Positions 41,574 through 50,930 of a DNA stretch of 64,000 nucleotides are shown here, piece by piece. Position 1 is the first letter of the stretch, and every line of letters begins with the position of its first letter. Made by a program: the position numbers and the translations under genes. The stretch is taken from contig CBFFRQ010000030.1 of assembly GCA_965644315.1 (NCBI GenBank), forward strand, positions 62,001 to 126,000, written 5' to 3'. This DNA is from Caecitellus pseudoparvulus (lineage: Eukaryota > Protista > Bigyra: Bicosoecida). Under the pieces are notes generated by a model. That model worked only from the letters and a program-made list of their open reading frames with translations, had not been told where the DNA came from and ran no database searches.

Positions 41574-42797
41574 CTACATGACTTTCCAGAAGCGTTGTTG
41601 GGCTTGGACGGAGATGGTGAGGGCGTGCATGAACTCTGGTTGAGGAGGAGAGCAGCGAACAGTTTCCGGCGCTGCTCCGCCACTGGCTGCGGCTACAGCA
41701 ACAGTGTGCCTGACTGCAGGCTCAGTCGCCCCCGTATTTGCAATGGAGAGCATTTGCAATGCAAACTGACCTTTCTCGCTTTCAACCGACGCAGCGAGAA
41801 GTGCCACGCCAAGATCAGCTGAAGTGAGATCAGCGTTGTCACTGACGTCCAAAGACTCCAAGCAAGGAAAGGCAGCGAGGATGTCTCCAACTCCCAGCCC
41901 ATTCATCTCAGTGTCGCTGACGTTCAAGCTTGCCAAGTGCGGCAGAGCGGACTCCGCACCTTCGGGCAGGGCACCAAGCGCCCGGCATCCGCTCAGGTCA
42001 AGCTCAGACACTGCCGAAGCCAGACACTCAAACAGGCACTTCCACGTCACACATGTACCTTGCAGGTTGACGCTACGCAGTTGTGGTGCTGCTCCCAGCA
42101 CAGCCGCAACGTCTGAGAGGCTCAGCTCACTTGCTCCGCCCAGCGACAGCTCGGTCAGGCAAGGCAGGGCCGTTGGGCAGCAGGGCAGTTCCGTCAAACG
42201 GGAACCTGACAGGTCCAGGGCTTGCAGGCCAGGCCAGGGGAGCGTGAGGTCCAGGGGGGGCGATGCCCACGAGTCATTGTCCAGCAACGCCACTTGCAGC
42301 GTTGCCCGACACGCTTCCAGCGCACCCCGAAGCTGAGCAGTTGCAAGCGGATCGGCGTGCATGCCCAGGTGCGGCATACAGCAGCCCGACAAAACAAGGT
42401 GCTGCAAGGTGGGGGCGCCTTCTCCGCCGGCTAAGTCGCTCGGCGGTGTCCGAACCACTGATGGGCACTTGACGCATCGCAGGCTCCGCACGCCAAGCTG
42501 GATCAGTGTCGCCACTGCGGACATGGTGACTTGGGTGAGTGAAGAGAGGGCCACTGCAGGCTGTGCGTGTTCCATGTCCGCTGCTTGCAGGAGAGTCAGC
42601 AGCGTGACGTCATCCACCTCGCCACCCTCGTCGCTGGCACTTTGCCAGATGCTCTGCAGCTGTGGGAGGGGAATGTTGCTGCTCTTGGCCACGATGTCTT
42701 CCACACGCCCGTCAAGGACTGCGTCAACCAGAACCTCCATGCATAGCTCATGCAGGGTGGGCACCACCTCAATGTCTTCAGCAACTGCCTCCTGCAT
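41574..42797 (-). CDS. Leucine-rich repeat protein with N-terminal BC-box-like motif
   Basis: VPTLHELCMEVL at the N-terminus; LRRs LQHLVLSGC, LQALDLSGS, LTELSLGG, LRSVNLQGT, ELDLSGC, LASLNVSDT, LESLDVSDN. Start could be 42887. Confidence 0.8.
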   Translation of the reverse strand: MQEAVAEDIEVVPTLHELCMEVLVDAVLDGRVEDIVAKSSNIPLPQLQSIWQSASDEGGEVDDVTLLTLLQAADMEHAQPAVALSSLTQVTMSAVATLIQLGVRSLRCVKCPSVVRTPPSDLAGGEGAPTLQHLVLSGCCMPHLGMHADPLATAQLRGALEACRATLQVALLDNDSWASPPLDLTLPWPGLQALDLSGSRLTELPCCPTALPCLTELSLGGASELSLSDVAAVLGAAPQLRSVNLQGTCVTWKCLFECLASAVSELDLSGCRALGALPEGAESALPHLASLNVSDTEMNGLGVGDILAAFPCLESLDVSDNADLTSADLGVALLAASVESEKGQFALQMLSIANTGATEPAVRHTVAVAAASGGAAPETVRCSPPQPEFMHALTISVQAQQRFWKVM

Positions 42798-42955
42798 GGT
42801 GAAGGCGTGGTCGGCGGTGCGGCACGAAATTCCGCACTCCAAGCCGCAAGCAGGATCCTGATGCTGGGCTTTCACAACACATCCCATGCACGGTCCCGCA
42901 CCACAGACCTTCCACGACCTTTCCGCTTCTGTGGGTGAAGTTTTCTAAATTGAAT

Positions 42956-44049
42956 TCACTGCGCTGCGGCTGGGGCAGCAGGCCCGGCCGTTGTGGGCTT
43001 TGAGTCCGCCATGCCCATCAACTCCAGCGCGATGCGCTTGCGCCGGCTCTTCTCTGCCTTGAGCATGGCTTTGTACTCTTGCACCTTGCGTTCCGCCTCC
43101 TTGTCTGCCCTGGCCGCCAGGCGGAGGAACTTGGCGGACGACGCCAGCTCAGCCTGCAGTGCCGCAGCTAGAGGGCTGGCCTCCGCCCCCGGCCCCTCTG
43201 CCTGCAGCAGGGCATCCCGCTGGCCCTGCAGGGCGAGGGTCCAGTAGTGCGCCAGCGTCTCGCTGGGGAGGGTCATGAGGTACGCCTTGCTGGGGCAGGG
43301 CTTGACGGGGCGCATGTCCAGCACTTTCTGCGGAGGGCGGTGGCGGAGGCGGTGGGGCGGTGGGGGGGCCAGGGGACTACACTGCAGCACGCACCCCCAC
43401 ATGCTCGCTTTCTCCAATGCCAATGAACACGCCGGGAAACCCGTCCAGTGCCTTGAAGTCGGGCCCCACTGGAAACGCAGCAGCCTTGACTGGAGGCCAG
43501 GCGGCCGCCAGGTCTGGCACGTACTGCCACCGCACCAGGATGGCCTCCACCGCTTGCTCTTTCAAGGGCTGGGACTTGTCCAGCTTCCGAGCGCCTCCCT
43601 CGCTGCGCTTGGCGGGTGTGCGCGCCCGTTTCGTGGCCGTGTCGTCACTTTCCGTTGGCGTGCTGGAGCGCGGGCGCTTGGTCTTGCCGACCTGCTTCGG
43701 CGACTTGGGCGTCTTCACCTTGGGCGCCTTCACTTTGTGTTCCTTTGGCTTGTGTTCCTTCGCCTTTGGCTGGGCCAAGGCTGCCAGGGGCACGTCGTCG
43801 TCGTCACTGCCAGCTGCCGTCGCGGCCGCCGCTTGCTCCCTGCCCAGGCGCCCCATTGGCTGAGCGACATCGCTGTCCGAATCCGAGACTGCAAAAGGAA
43901 GGAACGGTACGATGAGTTCACCAACTGCGCAGCTCAGTACCGCCGCTACAAGCTGCGGTGGGGCGCCTCTCCGAGACCACGCTGTGCGGTCTTTGAAGTG
44001 CCGCTGCCGTTTCAGCAGAGCCCGCCCAGCAGCCTCGCTCACCTGCCAT
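42956..44049 (-). CDS. Conserved hypothetical protein (K-rich N-terminus plus RWQY..WP..FPGVF..LDMR..CPS domain)
   Basis: Inferred introns 43889-44042 and 43328-43394. The C-terminal motif pattern resembles an uncharacterised family I recall from stramenopiles and alveolates. Confidence 0.65.
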
Positions 44050-44369
44050 GGCTGCGAGCAACGAAAGAAAGGTGAAACCGAAGACCAAGAACGATGGTTC
44101 CCCAATTCACGCAGATGATGAATGCCTTCAGCCACGCAGGTGCTGGAGGATGGCTGGCCCGGCGCACTCGCCGTTTGGCAGTGGCTCGTGTGCTGGCAGC
44201 ACGCTCACCCTGGCCGCAAAGGCTCAGAGAGGGTGACTGGTCGAATGCCTTGAATGTCCACAAGTCTCATGATTTATTTCTCCAGCCCGCCTGCCCACCC
44301 CTGGGGCTATGCCCCTGCCACAGGCGCTGCATTGCTGGGTCGACACGCTCACACACAAGCCAGCAGTGG

Positions 44370-45589
44370 TCAAGAGGCCAGAGGCACAGCTCCCCGCAGC
44401 GCGGCACTGGAGCAGGAATTCGTGCCGGAGATGGCCTTGTTGAAGGTGGCCCACAGCGTGACGTGGTTGAAGCACACGGTGCCGCCCCCCCGCTTGTACT
44501 GGGACGTCATGCGGTTGATGTCCCCGATGCACAGAACGGTCTTGCCGCTGTCAGGCGTCGTCACGGCCCACTGCGCAGAGATAGGGAGGGTGCAAGTGAG
44601 GGGCACGCGCTGGCTGGTCAACGCAGGGCTTCACGGAGTGGCGCTCTGCGGCACGCCTCACCTTGGAGTGGTCCTGCGTTTCCGTCCACGCGACACCGTC
44701 AAACGCGACGCCGGAGACGTCCAGCACAGTGTACGGCACGGCAGGGGCGCAAGAGGGACCGATGGCATAGCCCCGGATCCAGCTCTCCACGTACAGCCCG
44801 CCCTGCAGCGTAGGCGCCACAAGATTCGAGTACAGGTCTTGCCCCCACTTCCCAGTCTTAGCAAAGACGGTGAAGGACTGGCTGGAGCCAGGGGAGGCGA
44901 CAGAAGAGCTGAAGCTGGCAGCGGTGTGGTTGTAGTTGCCGTCCAAGGCGGCAGCCAGGTTCCCCAGCAGGCGCTGTTGCCCAGGCAGCACCTCGTTCAC
45001 GTAGACAGCTGGGCGGTTCATGAGGATGGCTGTGCCAACGGTGTCGTTCAGGTCTTCCAGGCTCAGCGTGAAGCACAGCATGCTCTGCGCATACGTCGTC
45101 TCCTCATCTGGGAGACCGCCATAGGACGTCCCTTCCACGATGGGCCAGTTCGGAATGCTGCGGGGTGGGAAGCGAGGACGCAACGAAGCGTGGACAAACC
45201 AATTTCCGCAGGCCGCTCCAGGGCGCTCCGTACCTGTGCACCATGTACACCCCGGCGCTGTCGCCGGCGAGGACAAACCCCTTGGTGTGGCCATACTTGC
45301 TGGAAGCCTTGTACCCTGGCTCGTCGTTCCACGCGCCACGTGTGAAGGACGAATCCCACAGCTGCGAGACGGTCTTGGACACGCCGCCCACACTGCCATT
45401 CTGCATGTCGTACTGGCTCTGCTTGAGGTTGCCATCTTCCGACGTGGCCATGGCGTAGTTACCGCCGTTGTTGTCCTTGATGGCGACGAACCATGCCACA
45501 GGGCTGCCTGAGTCGTCGTAGCATGAGGGGTTGCTGGCGGTGGCAGCCAGAGCTGCTGCCGCCAGCAGCACAGTCGCGAGTCCACGCAT
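44370..45589 (-). CDS. DNASE2: Deoxyribonuclease II (acid DNase, PLD superfamily)
   Basis: Signal peptide; SC.D.SG.PV.WF, GHTKG, HS|IPNWP, QSMLC, FAKT, DLY, DHSK|WAV, CIGDINRM.SQYKRGGGTVC. Introns 45158-45233 and 44571-44661. Confidence 0.95.
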
Positions 45590-45674
45590 GGCGATGGGCT
45601 GGGGGGTAGAGGGCGCAGTGGCAGCGCCAGCGAAATCAGTAGAAGAACGTGTTGACATTGTATTTGTTCCGGCC

Positions 45675-47613
45675 TCACTCCTGTGCTGAGGCGCTTGGCG
45701 GGGCGCCAGCGGGCTGCAGTGAGGCAGCTGCAGCGGCCACGACGCTCTTCTGATCGGCGAGGAAGGCAGCCACCATCTCAGCGGCGGTGTCCTGGTAGTC
45801 AGACCAGCATTTTTGGGGTTTAGACTCGACTGGAGCCGGGCTTGCCTCGCTGCCCTGGTGTGGCAGGAGGAACGCGGAAGTGTCGGCACCTGCCCAACCC
45901 GCCAACGCAGCACACAAACCCGCCACACCAGCCGCCTCTGCTGCAGCTGCCTCGCCAGCCTGTGCAGGGGGGGCAATTTCGGACAAAGGCGGGTATGCCT
46001 GCAGGCCTTTGCCCGCCTTGAGGAGGCTCTGCAGCAGCGGCTTCGTCGCGTGTGTGACGCGGCTCCAAGATGCAAGCTGCAGCGACAGCACGCCCCGCCC
46101 AAACTCCGCCACAGGCGCCCAGAGCGGCACCACGTACACCTCGCTCTCACCATCCACGACGCTTGTTGTGCTGTGCATGCCAACGTTTTTCAGCAAGAGT
46201 TTCCGGATTTTCGCGAGCGGGTCGGTCGCCGCCGGCACCTCGACCAGCGGAACATCGTGACTTTGCCCATCCGCCACGAAGCCGCAGAAATGCAGCAACT
46301 CACGATTCGGACGCGGGCCGTAGTACATGCACAGTTCTTCGCCTGCGGCAAAGGCCCTTGGCGTGCGGTACACCAGGCGGTGCTGGCCGTCTTCCGCCGC
46401 TTCGAAGGCTGTGGGAATGCTGCCGCTAGGGCTGTCTTCGTAGTTCAACAAGTCCCACCCTGGCACCAGCGCCAGTTCCTGCCCAGGCCCGTGCGTGCAC
46501 GGCACCATGTTTTGTCGAGACATGACCATGGACAGCGCCCACTTGAAGCCTGCCCACGTGAACGTTTCCGAGTTCAGCCCGGGCAGCGTCGGCTTGGAGC
46601 GTGCTTCCAGCACGTGTTTTGAGTACAGGGCTGAGTACATCTTGACAACATTCCTGAGGAACTTCAAACTGTACTGCAGCTGCAACGCTCCCGCGCCGCC
46701 CCCCTGTGCCAGCTGGTGGAACCGGTGCCAATTCCAGAACAAAACGTTCGACGAGGTCCACGGCAGCAAAGCGAGAAACGGCCGCCACGCGCTGCCCTGA
46801 GTCAGGTTGCTCACTTGCACGCACACTGGCGCTGCAGCACCCTGGACTTCAACTGTAGCACAGCCGTCCCTGCGGTCCAAGACGTGCGTGAAGCCAGATG
46901 CCGCCCAGCCTTCAGGCACTCGAGCTTGACCTGCAACTTCAACTGCCGCGACAGCTTCGTCGGCGTGCAGGCCTGTGGCGTTGCAGGCAGCCACTTCCGT
47001 CAAGAGAAACAGCGCCAGCGGGAACATGGGCATGCTTTGCAGCACTGGGTCGGCCGCCGCTGCCTGGCCCAAGGGTGACTCCGCCACGCTCTGAAACGTC
47101 AGCATGGTGCTGCGAGGAACGATGAGCACTGCTTTGCCTGGCGGCAGCTCCTTGGCGCAGAACACCCCAAGGCCCTTGAAGGGCCCTGCACTGCCAATAG
47201 ACAGCCCACTGCCTTCCATGTCCACGCCGCTGTCCTGCAGCCACACATGCATCCGGGCGAGCCGTTCGTCCGGTGTCAACTGTGGTGAAGCGAGTCGAGC
47301 GGGGCGTGAGCTTCCCCGCGCACGCTGAGGCGGATAGGCGTGCAAACCAGCGAAGCACACGCACAGGTGCATCTACAGGCAGCAGTGCGGGCTGCAGCTT
47401 CTCGAGTTCTGTCAGTTGGCCCAGCAGAGTCCGGGCCTGCTGCAGCGCAGATGGCAGGCTGGACCAGGCGGCGCTGTCCTCCACGTTGGCCTGCACAGCT
47501 TGCAGGTTGTCCAGCAGGGCCGTCCCTTTGCTGCGCCCATACCCCACACTGGCAGGAATGCGCTGCTTCTCGCTCTTGGGCTGCTTCGCCGCGCCACTAG
47601 GACTCTCTGCCAT
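45675..47613 (-). CDS. SETD3/Rubisco-LSMT-type SET-domain methyltransferase
   Basis: GLGVF, SAWRPFLALLP, FTWAGFKWALSMVMSRQN, LALVPGWDLLNY, YYGPRPNRELL..GFV, DPL. Intron 47280-47364. Confidence 0.85.
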
Positions 47614-47641
47614 GGCCGGCAAAGCAAGCAGCGACAGCCTC

Positions 47642-47652
47642 CAATTTCCGCA
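47642..47652. promoter_or_regulatory. CAATTTCCGCA motif in the SET/COX16 divergent promoter
   Basis: The exact 11-mer also occurs at 20228, 30191, 45200 and, as reverse complement, 50688. All are non-coding and near 5' ends. Confidence 0.55.
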
Positions 47653-47769
47653 ACTCGAGCAGGAGCGCAGTACGCTGCAAACTCAACTTGCAGCTGTGAA
47701 CGGACCTTCATGGAGACGCCCTTTCCATCTTCTAGTTGATTTTGGCGTAACCACACACCCGCCTGCAGT

Positions 47770-48151
47770 ATGCGGCCCTCTTTCCCTGCCCTGGCACGGG
47801 CTGATCCCATCCGGCGCAGGCAAGGCGGCTGGATGCGGAGTTTCCGTTTCGGGGCGCCCTTTGTCCTCTTCCTCATCGCGGGATCGTATGGCATGGCTGA
47901 GGTGCTGGGTCTAAAGTACGAGCGCATGGACCAGCGCGTCGTCAAGCAGTCTGAGCGCCAGTACGAGCTGCAGCAAGAGCACAAGGTGAGTTGCCAGGCA
48001 CGCGTGATTCGATTTCCGTCCCCGCAGCAGCTGACCACTGCACCCCCCTGCCCACCCGCAGGAAATGATGGAGCGTCTGTCCCTGCATGACTATGACTTG
48101 AAGCCCATTCCTCGCCCAGACGAAGGTGAAGGCGACCAGGAGCCTCGCTGA
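47770..48151 (+). CDS. COX16: Cytochrome c oxidase assembly factor COX16
   Basis: FGAPFVLFLIAGSYGM TM, KYE, LQQEHK|EMM..DYDLKPIPRP. Intron 47986-48061. Confidence 0.82.
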
Positions 48152-48361
48152 AGTCCTCAGTCCCAGAGGTCTGGTTCTGAAGCTCGTCCTGTCTGATGCA
48201 CAGCTGCCGGCCAATCCCCCGCTGCGTGCTCTGTGTGGCGCTAGAAGGCCCTTCCTCATCACGTTATGTCTATTTCCACGTCTATGAGTGCCAGGCAGAG
48301 CCTGCTGGCCATTGACAGCTCACACGCCGCAGTCCGAGCGCGCGTGGTGCAGGCACACAGC

Positions 48362-50555
48362 TCACTGGCCCGGCGACTGCATCCACGGCTGTTCTGCAAG
48401 CACTGCCTTGGCCTGAGCCTGCCATGCTTCAACGTGGCTTTGTTGAATGGTGGTGAGGGCGCCACCGTGTGCCGCTAGCACGCGCACACCCGACGCCCCC
48501 AGCTGGTCAGCCAGCAGGTCGGCGTCAAAGGCACACAACTCTGGGAGGGAGTGAATGCCAAAAGCTTGCAGGGTGTGCAAGGCGTGCCGTGTTGCTGCTT
48601 TGGCCGTCACGGGGGTATCAGTGCCAGTGTCACGCCCCCCACACACCACCCTGTGCAGCGCAGCCTGCGTTTCAGCGGCACGCGCACGCCCAATCCACAC
48701 AGTCGCCAGTTTCGTCACCAGCACCCACACACCATGCAGCAGCGCATGCTGCCCTGCTTCGCTGCACTCAAGTACTTCTTGTGCTGCCACTGGCGTTGAC
48801 AGGGGCCATCCCGCTTCAAGGCTCGCCCAAATGGCACCCACCAAGTCGCCGTGATCACGCAGCCAGCCTAACAAGGAATCCCACGGACCATCCAATTCCT
48901 CTGGCGTGCCCAAGACTGGCGGGATGGTTGTGGACGCCAAGCCTTTCCCAGTCACGCCCTGCGCGGCCGCTGCCTGGGCGCCTGCATGGCCAATCAGCTC
49001 CGCCAAATCACCTGATGGCGCCTCGTCCGCCCCCACGCCACTGGCGTCCAGTGCAGCATCCCACGCATCTGCACTCATCTTTAACCATTTCTGCAGAGCC
49101 TGGCACTGGCCTGCCGACAAAGCCAGCCCGCCTGCCACCCCACCTGCGCTGTCAGGTATGCTAGCCACCCCTGGCTGCCCAGCTTGAGACTTGCCCGTGT
49201 ACGCCTGCCACTGGGCCTCGCTCTCTGCAGATGCAATACCTTTGGCTGACTGTTTGCGTGCACGGGCTTCCAGGAAGCCCCAGTCCAGCTTGGGCAGGAA
49301 GCGCTGCAGCGCTGTGCTGGCGGGCGCGCCCACTGCCAGCAGCAAACTCCAGAACATATTCGGAGAGACAAGGCTCATGATGTGCGGCTTGAGGTTCTCT
49401 CGTGCAGCACTGCCCTGTCCTATGCTGTGCACTTGCTTCAGTGTCGCAGCCAAGAGCGGTGCCGGCACACAGGACACTTCCTCCTCCTCCCACTTGCAGT
49501 TCTGGCTTGCGTTGGACGTGGCAAACGACACCCGGTACCGCTGCATACTTGCGAAGGCGCCTCCACCACTGCCCCCGATTGGGTCAGCCTTGAACCAGCC
49601 TGTGAGCCCCGCAGCAAAGCGCTGGTTGGCCTTCCTGCGTTCCCACGCAAGAGCAGTGGCGTTGCGAAACGCAGCGCGGAAGAACCGCCCGGCAAGCGAA
49701 GCACCGTCCCCGCCACCAAGCACTGCGCCCTCTGCCCCCTGCATGAGACTCAGCATAGCGTCATCCAGCGTGCCCAAGCGGATACTGTGGCGGGGCATGT
49801 CGGGCGGCACCACGTGCACTGCTCCGTCTGCAGCAGTGTGAAGTGCGCCTGTGTCCCCCGCCGCAGAAACTGCTCTACGCTGCACTGCCGCCAGCCGAGC
49901 GGCGCGTTTCTGAGCGGCATCCTCCACACCTGCACCCCCCTTCTCGCCACCCGACCTTCTGCGCTTGGTACCTTGCGATGGTTTGGGTTTTGAGCGCGCT
50001 GGCGCAGCTTGGCGGTCCGCTGCTGCCAGCTCAGCCCGAATGCTGGCCACGGCAGCAAGCTTCGCTGAACGAGGCTGTCGAGCAGGCGCTTCACTTCGCT
50101 GTTTCTGTGTTCTCGGTTCGGGGGCTGGCGCCGGGGCGGAGGCTGGCGCCTTTCGCAGTGAGAGTGTTTCAGACGCAGCCACATGGTCGGACAGTGGCTG
50201 GGAAGACGTGACGTCCAACGGACGAGGCGGGAAGCCCCCGCACACTGAAAAGGGTAGCAAACGTTAACAGTGCGGTGTGTCACGGTGCGGGAGCTGTGCT
50301 CTTTGGCCGCTACATTGCGCTCGAGCTCTTGCTCCGAGCACTTACGCTGGTGGGTGGCTGGGCGCACAGCGACGGCAGCGCAGATGTTGGCAAAGACAGC
50401 AGACAACGGCAGGGAGCCCTGCACTTGGAATTGTCGCATGCCTGCGAACAACGCACCGAAGGTTGGCGTGCAGCTGGGAAATGGGAGCAAGTGCCGTGCG
50501 AGATCAGCGCACCAGTTGGCGTGCGCACTCGAAGTTGAATGGTGGGGTTCGCCAT
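48362..50555 (-). CDS. Hypothetical protein with N-terminal ubiquitin-like (OTU1/UBX-type) domain and possible C-terminal HhH-like motif
   Basis: Removing introns 50442-50512 and 50245-50345 gives MANPTIQLRVRTPTGMRQF...LCGGFPPRPL. Central block RENLKP..VSPNMFWSL..LPKLDWGFL. Confidence 0.7.
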
Positions 50556-50930
50556 CCTGGACTCCCAAACGGAACATCTACAGCCCCCACATCCCCACCA
50601 CTTGCCTATGCATCAGAGTTTCACATACTCAGCTGCACAGCTGCTTCGCAAAAGTGCGGGAGACATTGAAATGGCGCAAATGCAGTGTGCGGAAATTGAA
50701 TTCGCCTCGCATGCCCAAACGTCTTGGCCGCAACCACGCAGAATCACAGGGGCACACAAAATCCACGCAAGCTCACTATGAAACATGCGTTGGGTGTGCA
50801 GTCACCCAGTCCATGCACGTCATACCCACCTGGCGGCAGGCCAGGCGGCTTGAACGTTGAGCAGGGCGCGGTTCAGGAAACGGTGCCCAGGCAGCTTCCC
50901 GCTGCCGAACGCGACCTGCCGAGCGCTAAC

